A DNA stretch of 64,000 nt, from positions 22,601 through 86,600 of the forward strand of contig PAAG01000002.1 of the NCBI GenBank assembly GCA_002698785.1. The letters are read 5' to 3'. This document shows positions 27,195-36,635 of the stretch, one piece after another (within the stretch, counting starts at the first letter, position 1; every line of letters begins with the position of its first letter). Under the pieces are notes generated by a model. The model saw only the letters and a program-made list of their open reading frames with translations, did not search any database and had not been told where the DNA came from. Position numbers and translations under genes: made by a program. The stretch is from Verrucomicrobiales bacterium. GTDB taxonomy: Bacteria; Verrucomicrobiota; Verrucomicrobiia; Verrucomicrobiales; DEV007.

Positions 27195-27271
27195 CAGGTC
27201 GAATTTGCAGATCTCTTTGGGATCGCTACTGTCCAAAGTGGGGCTCCTGCGCCTTATTCTACAAACACCCC

Positions 27272-27811
27272 ATGTCTGATACCCCTAATGATCCCGAACG
27301 CACCGAGGCGTTTCTTCGGCTCCTGAGCGAGCATGAGAAGAAGCTGGGGATCTATGTGACTGGACTGGTAGCGTGCCCGCAGGATGGGCAGGATATTCTG
27401 CAGGAGGGAAAGATCGTGATGTGGCGGCAGTTCCACCAGTTCGAGCTGGGAACGAACTTCGCGGCATGGGCTCGGAAGATCCTCTTTTACCAGATCCTGG
27501 CTCACCGCCGGAAATCGAAGCGGGACAAAGCCGAACTGCTGAGTGAGAAGATGCTGGAGTCGCTCAGCGAAGAGGCCGAGTCAGCGATACGCGAACAGCG
27601 CTGGCAGAAACGGGAGGCAGTTCTGAAGCAATGCGTCACAAAGCTGAGCGAGGATCACCGCGAGATCCTACTGATGCGATACCGCGATGAATCGTCCATC
27701 GAAGGTATCTCTCGTCGGACCGAAAGAACGGAGGGTGCGGTGTATCGCCTGCTGAGCCGCCTCCGCAAGAACCTCTACCAATGTGTAGAAAAAGAGCTCG
27801 AAAAGGCCTGA
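27272..27811 (+). CDS. ECF-type RNA polymerase sigma factor (PVC Sig70_gvs1-like)
   Basis: Region 2 (AFLRLLSEHEKKLGIYVTGLV...QDILQEGKIVMWRQF...FAAWARKILFYQIL) and region 4 (EILLMRYRDESSIEGISRRTERTEGAVYRLLSRLRKNL). Confidence 0.88.
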   Translation: MSDTPNDPERTEAFLRLLSEHEKKLGIYVTGLVACPQDGQDILQEGKIVMWRQFHQFELGTNFAAWARKILFYQILAHRRKSKRDKAELLSEKMLESLSEEAESAIREQRWQKREAVLKQCVTKLSEDHREILLMRYRDESSIEGISRRTERTEGAVYRLLSRLRKNLYQCVEKELEKA

Positions 27812-27827
27812 TTTTCTTCTCCTTACG

Positions 27828-29249
27828 ATGACTGACGAAGAACGCGACGAACTTCTGGAGATGGCTCACGCTTATATCGAGCGCTCTCTCCCTCCCGAGA
27901 AGGTGGAGGAGCTTGAGAAGCTGCTCGCATCCAGTGCCGAGGCACGTCGGATATTCCTGAATTTCAATCACGACCATGCGGTCCTCCATTGGGAACACGT
28001 GTCCTCGGAGGGCGATGATTCAGAGTCGATTGGTGATGACACATATCGCCCCAGCCGTTTTCCTCCCCTATGGCAGATCCTTGCCGCAGGAGCAGTCGTC
28101 TCATTGCTCGCTCTTCTGATCATCCGGCCAAATGCGAGTTCCGAGCCGACTTTTGCCACGATGGCTTCGACGGAATCGGCTCGCTGGGAGAGTGGCGAAC
28201 TTCCCACTTCCGATGGGGCAAAACTCCCCGCAGGGAAGCTGCATCTCGCACGAGGCCTGGCTACAATCGAATTCGACTCTGGGACAACGATCGTGCTGGA
28301 AGCTCCTGCCCAGCTCGAGCTCGTCGATGACCGCCATTGTCGTCTCGATGCGGGGACGGTAGTCGTCGAGGCGCCGGGGCGATCGGCTGAGTTCAGTCTT
28401 TCCACCCCAACTGCAGAAATCCTCAATAAGAGCACGCACTTTGCGGTGAATGTTCACCCCGGCACCGGAGCGACCCAGACGCAGGTATTCGAAGGCGAAG
28501 TTTCTGTCATTCCTGCAAACGGTAGTGATCCCCTCACCCTGGCAAAGGGTCAGCGGTCTTTTCTTGGCGGCGAAGGGGAAGGGCAGATTACCGAAGGACT
28601 GGAGGAAGAAACCTGGGCCGCGAATGCCATTCCTCGGGATCGACCGAAAGGATGGCAGACGATCACGACCTCCGACGGGAGCGGCACGGATGGATACGTC
28701 TATGGCGGGCAGCCTAACAATCATGTCTCTGACGAGCTTCTTCTTCTAAAAAACAGCATCGATCTCTCTGGCCCACATCGGAAGAGTTACCTGCGTTTCG
28801 ACCTATCGCGGATTCCGAAAGGTGCGATCCAGAATGCGGAGTTGTCTCTGCGCTTTGCCCCGACGGGATGGGGTCTGGCTTCTCACCTGAATGATTCCGA
28901 GTTCGAGGTCTATGGGATCATTGATGATTCGCTCGATTCCTGGGACTACGAGACGATGGATTGGGAGAATGCTCCCGCCAATGTGACGGACAGCGGGACG
29001 GCGCTTCTTCCTGCCGCTACGATCTACCTCGGGAAGTTTGATCTTCCGCGGGGCATTCAGTCAGGTAGCTACGGTATCCGCGGCGATCGACTGGTCGATT
29101 TTCTGAATCGAGATCTCAATCGACAGGCGACCCTCGTCATTGTGCGAACGACGGTGGAAAATCGAGGTGGCGGATTGGTTCACGCGATCGCCAGCAAGCG
29201 CCACCCTACCCTGCCGGCCCCTTCGCTGGCGGTGAAGGTGGTGGAGTGA
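27828..29249 (+). CDS. FecR-like anti-sigma factor with extra C-terminal beta-rich (DNRLRE/CBM-like?) domain
   Basis: N-terminal anti-sigma helix, one TM segment (LWQILAAGAVVSLLALLII) and a FecR block (LHLARGLATIEFDSGTTIVLEAPAQLELV). The C-terminus YLRFDLSRIPKGAIQNAELSLRFAP resembles the DNRLRE motif. Confidence 0.75.
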   Translation: MTDEERDELLEMAHAYIERSLPPEKVEELEKLLASSAEARRIFLNFNHDHAVLHWEHVSSEGDDSESIGDDTYRPSRFPPLWQILAAGAVVSLLALLIIRPNASSEPTFATMASTESARWESGELPTSDGAKLPAGKLHLARGLATIEFDSGTTIVLEAPAQLELVDDRHCRLDAGTVVVEAPGRSAEFSLSTPTAEILNKSTHFAVNVHPGTGATQTQVFEGEVSVIPANGSDPLTLAKGQRSFLGGEGEGQITEGLEEETWAANAIPRDRPKGWQTITTSDGSGTDGYVYGGQPNNHVSDELLLLKNSIDLSGPHRKSYLRFDLSRIPKGAIQNAELSLRFAPTGWGLASHLNDSEFEVYGIIDDSLDSWDYETMDWENAPANVTDSGTALLPAATIYLGKFDLPRGIQSGSYGIRGDRLVDFLNRDLNRQATLVIVRTTVENRGGGLVHAIASKRHPTLPAPSLAVKVVE

Positions 29250-29292
29250 TAGCGTTTACATCAGTGCAGCATGATGATATTGTGACGAAAGG

Positions 29293-29559
29293 ATGGATGG
29301 ATTTTCGAAAGGTCTTTTCTGGGATTGTGACCCTGCCACGCTCAGCGCCGATACCCATCAGCGGTTCATAATTGAACGAGTTTTGAACCGTGGATTGTGG
29401 AATGATTGGTTACAGCTCCGATCCATTTATCCTCTTGCCACGATCAAGGAGTGCAGCCTGCAGATTCGAAATCTCGATCCGAAGGCACTATCCTTTTGCT
29501 CCGCAATTTTCAGCCTCCCTAAAGAAGCTTTTCGATGCGCCACGAATCAGAAGTCTTAG
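29293..29559 (+). CDS. Small protein, partner of the AbiEii-type nucleotidyltransferase (DUF6922-like?)
   Basis: 88 aa; GLFWDCDPATLSADTHQRFIIERVLNRG. It overlaps the downstream gene by 25 nt. The family name is from memory only. Confidence 0.5.
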   Translation: MDGFSKGLFWDCDPATLSADTHQRFIIERVLNRGLWNDWLQLRSIYPLATIKECSLQIRNLDPKALSFCSAIFSLPKEAFRCATNQKS

Positions 29560-30161
29560 CTCCTGAAACAGCGGAACTACTTCATTCGCTTGGTTCTTTC
29601 TTCTCAAATCTTGGCTTCTACCTAGCTGGAGGCACCGCTCTTGCAATACACCTAGGCCACAGGAAATCGATCGATTTGGACTTTTTCGGAGGCCGCGAGT
29701 TTGATCCTCTGAGTCTAGAACACGATATACGTGAATTCTTGAAAGACGGCTCGCAAGTCCAGGTTTCGGGCACGGCGAAAAACACTCTTAACCTTTTTAT
29801 CGATGGGATAAAGGTCGATGCGCTTCGATACTCCTATCCCATTCTAAGTCCCCCTACTCAGGAAGACTCTTACCTCCTAGCATCAATCCCTGACATATCA
29901 GCAATGAAGCTTTCTGCCGTCACGAATCGCGGCAGTAAAAAGGATTTCTTCGATATTTTCCAATTACTCCAAGATTATAGTCTGGGCGAGTTGTTGGACT
30001 TTTACGTCGAAAAGTTTTCGACTCACGACAGATTTATGGTTCTGAGATCACTCACCTACTTTGATGATGCAGAGGCAGAACCAGAACCAATTCTTCTCAA
30101 TAGGACGACTTGGAGCAAAGTAAAAAAAACGATTTCTTCCGTCGTTGCCGAGCTTTGCTAA
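29535..30161 (+). CDS. Nucleotidyltransferase AbiEii/AbiGii toxin-family protein
   Basis: FYLAGGTALAIHLGHRKSIDLDFF is the characteristic GGTAL...R.S.DLDF motif; 208 aa. Confidence 0.7.
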   Translation: MRHESEVLAPETAELLHSLGSFFSNLGFYLAGGTALAIHLGHRKSIDLDFFGGREFDPLSLEHDIREFLKDGSQVQVSGTAKNTLNLFIDGIKVDALRYSYPILSPPTQEDSYLLASIPDISAMKLSAVTNRGSKKDFFDIFQLLQDYSLGELLDFYVEKFSTHDRFMVLRSLTYFDDAEAEPEPILLNRTTWSKVKKTISSVVAELC

Positions 30162-30178
30162 CACGCTACTAAGCCTAC

Positions 30179-33100
30179 CTATTTCTTCGCTGCGAGGAAA
30201 TCCACGAGCGAGACGAATTCTTCGAGGGAGAGGGAGTTCGCGAGTCCTGCAGGCATCATTGATGTTGGGAGGTGCTCTTCTTTCTCCACGTCGGCGGCTT
30301 TGATTGTTTTCACCTGGCCAGCCATGTCGCGGAGGACCATGCGGTCAGAATTGCTCTCGGTAACGAATCCCATGTGAACGGTGCCGTCTTTCATCTGGAC
30401 TTGAGCGGTCTGGAAGCCTTGGGAAATTGTGTCGTTGGGACGGAGAATCGCGGTGGCGATCTGCTCGCGGTTCATGATCGATCCGATCTGTCCCATAAAT
30501 GGTCCCAAGGCAGGTCCGCCCGTCTCCAGAGCATGGCAAGCGACACATCCCTGCTGGGTGAAGAGTTTTTCACCGACCTTAGTGTCGCCTTTGATCTTGT
30601 CGATGGATAGAAGCACGTCCTCGACGGGAGTCGATCCGACGGCACCTTTTTGAGCTCGAATCTTTGCGAGGTCGACCGTGGGAGCGGCTTCAAGTTCGGA
30701 CTCGTCGACGAGAGTTCCGAGATCATCGATTCCCATGCGCATGCGATCGTTCAATCCGGCGAGAAATGTCTTCACCTTATCATCACCATCGGCGAGTTCG
30801 TCCATGAGAGCGGTCTGGATGACGGGAGATCCTTTCCAGGTGATAGGCTTGTAGTAGGGCCCGCGTGTGTCGGGTCGGGTCGTCCACCACCAGCTGCCAT
30901 CGTAGGGAGCTTCGTCCATGTAGAGTCGTGCGAGCACAGTAAGAATTTTCTCACGCTGCTTGCCTTTCGCTTCGGTGAGATGATCCACCAGCCCGTAGAC
31001 CGCTTTCTCGTAGTGCATGTTCGAGAGCGCCCAGAGCGCGAGGTCCTCACTGGAAGTGCCGACTGCATTCAGGCAAGAGTCCACAGCGCCCAGCTCTACC
31101 AATGAGCGAACGGCGAGATGTGGGAGGATGACATCTGGATTAGGAGTGGCGTGACGAGGTGTCGCCGTTGCCCCTTCGCTGGCTTCGTCCGGTGAAACGG
31201 TGGAAGCAAAGAAGTCGATGGATGACTCTTTTGGACCGGTGCTCGAAGTTTCGACTGCGGTCGAGAAGCCGACTGCATTGGCGGGAGCTTCAAAAACGAT
31301 TGTCTGGGGAGCTTTCGCTACTACGAAGGTCTTCGCTTTCTTCTGCTGTTTCTTCGAGAACTTTTCACCCTCAGGGCCTTTGCCCACAAACACTTCGCCC
31401 TCGATGGGTTTCAAATCTGAAAGACTGACAGTGGAGCCATCGCCCAACTCAAACACTGGATCGAGAAAGGCCAACTGCGATGCATTCTCGACTGGGTTGG
31501 TTTCGGAAAGATTGAGAAACACTTTCTCTCCAGGTGTCACTACCAATTCGTGCTTCGCTGATCGATTTCCCTTAAGCGTGTCCAACTGGGTGATCTTTGC
31601 CGCGCCTTCGGGTTCCGGCTTGGTGTAATCGACAGCGAGCAGTGCATCAGCGGCTTCTTTATCTCCCAGGCGACCAAGAGCGATCGCAGACGCCGCTTTT
31701 ACACGAGGAGTCCCATCATTCAATGCACTGACGAAAGGCTCCAGAACGAAGCCGTCCATTTCGAGTCGAGGAAGTCGATCTGTTGCGGCTCGAAGAACAA
31801 ACTCGCGCAGATCCTTGTCAGTGTGATAGGAAAGGATTTCTGCAGGGTCTGTTTCGATCTGTGCCCAGGTGTAAAGCGCAGCCACACGACCGGCGAGCGC
31901 GTGCTCTCCATCTTCGAAAACGGCTTTCAGACCGGACACAGCATCTTCTGAGTTCGAGCGAGATAGAAGTGACTGCTGAGCGTAGATACGCGTTTTGTCA
32001 CTGTCTGACCCGATCAGAGAGACGAGCTCTTCGATGGACGCATTTTGAAAATCAGCGGGCTTTTTGTATTCCCAGCCTTTGGGCACCACACGAACGGTGT
32101 ATCCCTTTTCCTCGCTACCACGAAATCCAGCACCGTCCCACGCACTGAGGAACATCTGCCCCGAAGGATCCACATCGATATCAGACACCTGAGATACCTG
32201 GACGAACTCCTTCGCTTTCTGGGTGAAGGTCGGTCCATCTTCCGTCAGCCGATGAAGGTAAACGGCCTTTCTTCCCCAGTCTGCCATGAGCGGCTGATGG
32301 TATTTCTCCGGCCATGTTGGCTCGTCGAGAAAGAGAGCACCAACGCCAGATCCTCCGCCGAGGTCTTCCAGCGCGGGAATCACTTCGTCGGCAAAATTGA
32401 TGAACAGGCGAGGATAGCCGTATTCGCCCGACTGGATATGGTGATTGAACCGAACGTTCCAGCCTCCGCCATCATTGGTATTTCCCCGGGTGAAAATGTT
32501 CATGTAGGGATCGATAGCGACGTCATAAATATTCCGCATGCCGGAGGTGTAAAGCTCGAGCTCGGTTCCGTCGGGGCGAACTCGAACAATACCACCACCG
32601 AGATGAGTCAGCTTGGTGCCATCCGTTCCCTCTGCATCGGCAAATCCAAAGTCGCCTACCGCGATATAGATCCAGCCATCAATTCCGAGTTGAATCCCAT
32701 TCGTAGAGTGGTCCGTACCACGATCATTCACCGCGGTCGCCGAGCAGATCTTTTTGACGAGAATCTCTGCCGGTCCATCCGCGACACCATCTCCATCGGC
32801 ATCGGTCAGAACAACGAGATCCATTCCCGTCGATAACTCTACGCCTTCTTCATTCTTCTCATCTCCGTAGGCAGTGTGTAGAACATAGAGTTTGTCACCA
32901 GCTGCGATGAGTCCGCGCGGGTTGTCGATCTTTGCGTAATCCGTATGAGAGTCTGCCTTTCCATCGTGATCTGTATCGACGAGTTTCACAATAGATCCCC
33001 GGCCCGCTCCTTTGCCAAGAGATCCATTGAGATCCACCCCTACATAGACCGAACCGTCTTCCGCAGCACAAAGACAAGCAGGACTGGGGGTCACGTCCGG

Positions 33101-33202
33101 ACCAGTAAACTGGGATAATACGAGATCGTCCGGAACCGAATCGGCTTTCGAGAAATGGACAGAAAAGAAAAGGAGAGTTAGAGCACAGGTAAATCTCGTC
33201 AT
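30179..33202 (-). CDS. PVC-type heme-binding CxxCH protein (membrane-bound dehydrogenase-like domain + HEAT repeats + cytochrome c)
   Basis: 1007 aa with a signal peptide. The N-terminal beta-propeller-like region contains GLIAAGDKLYVLH. The C-terminus is FTQQGCVACHALETGGPALGPFMGQIG...LEEFVSLVDFLAAKK. Confidence 0.85.
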   Translation of the reverse strand: MTRFTCALTLLFFSVHFSKADSVPDDLVLSQFTGPDVTPSPACLCAAEDGSVYVGVDLNGSLGKGAGRGSIVKLVDTDHDGKADSHTDYAKIDNPRGLIAAGDKLYVLHTAYGDEKNEEGVELSTGMDLVVLTDADGDGVADGPAEILVKKICSATAVNDRGTDHSTNGIQLGIDGWIYIAVGDFGFADAEGTDGTKLTHLGGGIVRVRPDGTELELYTSGMRNIYDVAIDPYMNIFTRGNTNDGGGWNVRFNHHIQSGEYGYPRLFINFADEVIPALEDLGGGSGVGALFLDEPTWPEKYHQPLMADWGRKAVYLHRLTEDGPTFTQKAKEFVQVSQVSDIDVDPSGQMFLSAWDGAGFRGSEEKGYTVRVVPKGWEYKKPADFQNASIEELVSLIGSDSDKTRIYAQQSLLSRSNSEDAVSGLKAVFEDGEHALAGRVAALYTWAQIETDPAEILSYHTDKDLREFVLRAATDRLPRLEMDGFVLEPFVSALNDGTPRVKAASAIALGRLGDKEAADALLAVDYTKPEPEGAAKITQLDTLKGNRSAKHELVVTPGEKVFLNLSETNPVENASQLAFLDPVFELGDGSTVSLSDLKPIEGEVFVGKGPEGEKFSKKQQKKAKTFVVAKAPQTIVFEAPANAVGFSTAVETSSTGPKESSIDFFASTVSPDEASEGATATPRHATPNPDVILPHLAVRSLVELGAVDSCLNAVGTSSEDLALWALSNMHYEKAVYGLVDHLTEAKGKQREKILTVLARLYMDEAPYDGSWWWTTRPDTRGPYYKPITWKGSPVIQTALMDELADGDDKVKTFLAGLNDRMRMGIDDLGTLVDESELEAAPTVDLAKIRAQKGAVGSTPVEDVLLSIDKIKGDTKVGEKLFTQQGCVACHALETGGPALGPFMGQIGSIMNREQIATAILRPNDTISQGFQTAQVQMKDGTVHMGFVTESNSDRMVLRDMAGQVKTIKAADVEKEEHLPTSMMPAGLANSLSLEEFVSLVDFLAAKK

Positions 33203-33283
33203 GAGCGGCGCACTAAGGCACAGCGCGCCGCCCTGTCAAGAGTCGCAATCCTTGTGTCGAATCTCGCAGCAGCAGAACTGCTA

Positions 33284-34654
33284 TTAGTCGAGATGCCAGT
33301 CTGGACCTTCACTCATGATACTGTCGTTGATCCCTAACAGCTTCTTCTTCAATGACTCAACCAATTCAGAATTCTCCGATGCAATGTTCCTCTCCTGAGC
33401 GGGATCGGTTTCCAGATCGAAAAGCTGGTAGTTGGTGTATCCACCGGACTTGATGGCAGGAATCCACTTTTCCTGGAACATATTGTCGGTCGACATCTCG
33501 TAGTCCGGGTCCGCCACGAGGGAGAATTTCCCATCTCTCATCGCAACCATGGGACGTGACTTCTGGAGGTGCCAGAAGAGAGGCTGGTGGCGGGTGAACT
33601 CCCCTGCTCCTGTCAGTAGCGGACTGAGGTCGGAGCCATCCAGATGAACGCCCTCAGGTTTCTCCAAATCCAGCAATCCACATACTGTGGGAAGAATATC
33701 AACAATGCCTGCTGGCTCCTGCAGAACGACATCACTCTTAATTTTACCCGGCCAGTTAAAAATCCCGGGAACGCGAATTCCACCGTCCCAGTTCATACCC
33801 TTCTTCCCGCGCAAGCCGCCTGTGCGGTCATCTCGATAACTCCCGTTGTCCGAAGCGTAGATGATGAGAGTATCTTCTGCCGGAGCGATTTCTTTCAACT
33901 TAGCGAGCAAGCGCTTCACGGCTTTGTCGGTGTTATCAATTGTTCCGGAATAGACCGCGGCTTTGTCCTTGAGATCTCCGTATTCGGAAACGATCTCGTC
34001 GGGAGCAGCGATCTTCATGTGGGGCTCATGGAACCAAATATTGAGGAAGAACGGCTTTTCCTCGTCACGCTCATTCTCCAGCCACGTGATCGCTTCATCG
34101 GCAACCAACTGGCAGGAGTAGCCCTCCAACTTACCGACAGGCTCGCCATTTCGGATAAAGTTTTCGGGATTGTGGTGGCTTGGTTCAGCGTTGTTCCACG
34201 TTGCGAACCAGTAGTCGAAACCGTGCTGGTCTGGAGTGGGCTTATCGTATTGCTCGGTCGGCAAGCCAAGATGCCACTTACCGATATGAGCGGTTGAATA
34301 GCCTGCCTTTTTCAAAACCTCGGCCAGAGTCACTTCGCGGAGCAAAAGGTGCGATTTCTGGCTCTCATCATGGATCCAGCTGTAGACACCAGTTCGAATG
34401 TGGTGCCTGCCGGTCAGGAGAGAAGCCCTTGATGGCGAACACACGGCGCAACCGGAATAGAAAGCCTGAAATCGCGTTCCGCTCGCAGCAAGGGAATCAA
34501 GAGAGGGAGTCTTCACCGGCCCATCGTAGCAACCGATATCCTGATACCCGAGGTCGTCAGACAGCAGCATTACGACATTCGGTTGATCGGCAGCCTTGAG
34601 ACCAAAACTGAGCGAAGTGATCGCGATAGAAAGAAAGAGAAAGCGTAAAACCAT
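33284..34654 (-). CDS. Arylsulfatase-family sulfatase
   Basis: Signal peptide. Motifs PNVVMLLSDDLGYQDIGCY, CSPSRASLLTGR (formylglycine motif) and GKWHLG. An alternative GTG start is at 34681. Confidence 0.9.
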   Translation of the reverse strand: MVLRFLFLSIAITSLSFGLKAADQPNVVMLLSDDLGYQDIGCYDGPVKTPSLDSLAASGTRFQAFYSGCAVCSPSRASLLTGRHHIRTGVYSWIHDESQKSHLLLREVTLAEVLKKAGYSTAHIGKWHLGLPTEQYDKPTPDQHGFDYWFATWNNAEPSHHNPENFIRNGEPVGKLEGYSCQLVADEAITWLENERDEEKPFFLNIWFHEPHMKIAAPDEIVSEYGDLKDKAAVYSGTIDNTDKAVKRLLAKLKEIAPAEDTLIIYASDNGSYRDDRTGGLRGKKGMNWDGGIRVPGIFNWPGKIKSDVVLQEPAGIVDILPTVCGLLDLEKPEGVHLDGSDLSPLLTGAGEFTRHQPLFWHLQKSRPMVAMRDGKFSLVADPDYEMSTDNMFQEKWIPAIKSGGYTNYQLFDLETDPAQERNIASENSELVESLKKKLLGINDSIMSEGPDWHLD

Positions 34655-34758
34655 GCCCGACTGTGCCGAAGGCTTTCCCACTTGTCACGTCTCGCGAATG
34701 CGTCTTTCCGAATCTTTCCTGTAAGAAACATCCCTGCGCCTGCGACGTAACCATTGCT

Positions 34759-35211
34759 ATGAGCACCACCACACCTACCCTATCAGCCCCGAATCTCGCC
34801 ACTGAATTCCCCCGGAGCCCACGTGAGACACTCGGAGGATACGTGATTGCAACACGCACATTGGACAAGTGCCGCGCCGCTGTCGCAGGCACCCTCGGCG
34901 ACTACCACTTCGACTGTCCTCTTGATAACCTATTCTTCGAATTCACAGGGATCACAGCAGACTCTTTCAAAGAAAAAGTGGCCACTGGAGCCTCAGATGA
35001 AGAAATGGCCGCCTGGATCGAAGAACACTCCAACGTCGAAAAGAAGATCGACGCGATCAAATGGAACAACGACCTCCGCTACAAGCGAATCAGTGAAATG
35101 CCTGACGAGTTGCAGGAGTTTCTCGAGGGTTACATCGCCGAATACATCCCAAAAAATAAGGTCGTTTACTACTGGTTCGATGTATATGATATCGAAGAAG
35201 AAAGAATTTAA
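34759..35211 (+). CDS. DUF5069-family protein
   Basis: EFPRSPRETLGGYVIATRTLDKCRA...DYHFDCPLDNLFFEFTGI matches DUF5069 as recalled. Confidence 0.6.
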   Translation: MSTTTPTLSAPNLATEFPRSPRETLGGYVIATRTLDKCRAAVAGTLGDYHFDCPLDNLFFEFTGITADSFKEKVATGASDEEMAAWIEEHSNVEKKIDAIKWNNDLRYKRISEMPDELQEFLEGYIAEYIPKNKVVYYWFDVYDIEEERI

Positions 35212-35283
35212 GAAAGATTGCTTAAAGGCCGTTGACTTTTCCACAATCCGGCTTTAAGTGCGCGCTCACAAAATTTTTCAGCT

Positions 35284-35466
35284 ATGGCAGTCCCGAAAAG
35301 AAGAACGTCGAAAATGAAGAAGCGCCTGCGTCGCACAGGACAGCGCTGGCGTGCACGCAAACTCAACGTTTGCTCGGAATGCGGTAGCGCAGCCCCTTCC
35401 CACATTGCCTGCCCAAGTTGTGGATACTACAAAGGCCGGCAAGTGATCACGGTAGACGAATTTTAA
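35284..35466 (+). CDS. rpmF: 50S ribosomal protein L32
   Basis: MAVPKRRTSKMKKRLRR...CSECGSAAPSHIACPSCGYYKGRQV. Confidence 0.95.
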   Translation: MAVPKRRTSKMKKRLRRTGQRWRARKLNVCSECGSAAPSHIACPSCGYYKGRQVITVDEF

Positions 35467-35497
35467 GTCTACCCTTCTGTAATTCAATCCTTTGCGC

Positions 35498-35532
35498 AAA
35501 GTCACCTCGAAAGAGGTGACTTTGTCCTTTTT
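35498..35532 (+). terminator. Hairpin/attenuator candidate between rpmF and plsX
   Basis: AAAGTCACCTC-GAAA-GAGGTGACTTT perfect 11-bp stem, followed by GTCCTTTTT. Confidence 0.6.
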
Positions 35533-35584
35533 CAGAGTTGATTGTTTTCCCTGCCTGATACTAGATAGCGGCACTTACCTCATA

Positions 35585-36598
35585 ATGAGAATTGCCCTAG
35601 ATGTCATGGGAGGCGACAATGCCCCCGAAGCTACCATGGAAGGTGCCGTGCAGGCACTTGAAGAGTTTGGCAGCGACTTGGAACGCCTCTTCCTCGTGGG
35701 CGACGAAAACCAAATCGAAGAGCAGCTCAAGCATTTCTCATATGCCCATGAGCGCATAGAGGTCGTTCACGCATCCGAAGTCGTCACCATGCACGACTCC
35801 GCGGTAAAGTCCGTCCGACAGAAAAAGGACTCATCCATCAGCCGTGCCGTTGATCTGGTAAAACAAGGACATTGCGACGCCGTCGTCAGCGCTGGAAATA
35901 CAGGTGCCGCAGTAGCAGCATCAACTATCAAACTCCGGAACATACCCGGCGTGGAGAGAGCAGGTATCGCGTCCCCTCTCCCGAATGAACATGGTCCCTG
36001 CAACATCGTCGATGCCGGTGCCAATGTGGACGCCAAGCCATCCCACCTCCTCGGCTATGCCATCATGGGTGCTGTTTATGCACGCCACGTCCAGAGGAAA
36101 GAGAATCCAGTGGTTGGCTTGATGTCTGTGGGAGAAGAAGACACGAAGGGAACGGATTTTACCCGTGAAGTTTTCGAACTGCTCAAAGGATCGAATCTCA
36201 ATTTCTGCGGGAATGTCGAGGGTCACGACCTTTTTGAATCGAAGATTGATGTCGTGGTGTGCGATGGATTTGTCGGGAATGTCATTCTCAAATCCTGCGA
36301 GGCGACCGCCAAAGTCATGTTCAAGTGGTTGAAGCAAGACCTGACCGCGAACCCCGTGCGAAAGATCGGAGCGCTACTCGCCAAAGATGGGTTCCTGGCG
36401 ACAAAGGAACGCGGAAACTACGAGACCTACGGCGGCAGTCCTCTGCTTGGTGTGAACGGAGTCTGCATCATCGGGCACGGTTCCAGCAGCCCCCTAGCCG
36501 TGAAGAACGCAATTCGTGTTGCAGCAGAGGCCGTGAAGCATCACGTTAACCCTCACATCGAAGAAGAAATGTCTCGCAATGCGAAGGCGCTCGGTTGA
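35585..36598 (+). CDS. plsX: Phosphate acyltransferase PlsX
   Basis: MRIALDVMGGDNAP, VSAGNTGA and DGFVGNVILK motifs. The start is set at ATG 35585. Confidence 0.93.
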   Translation: MRIALDVMGGDNAPEATMEGAVQALEEFGSDLERLFLVGDENQIEEQLKHFSYAHERIEVVHASEVVTMHDSAVKSVRQKKDSSISRAVDLVKQGHCDAVVSAGNTGAAVAASTIKLRNIPGVERAGIASPLPNEHGPCNIVDAGANVDAKPSHLLGYAIMGAVYARHVQRKENPVVGLMSVGEEDTKGTDFTREVFELLKGSNLNFCGNVEGHDLFESKIDVVVCDGFVGNVILKSCEATAKVMFKWLKQDLTANPVRKIGALLAKDGFLATKERGNYETYGGSPLLGVNGVCIIGHGSSSPLAVKNAIRVAAEAVKHHVNPHIEEEMSRNAKALG

Positions 36599-36635
36599 GT
36601 AGAGCCTCTTTCTTTGATCCGCGTGTTTGACTGAA

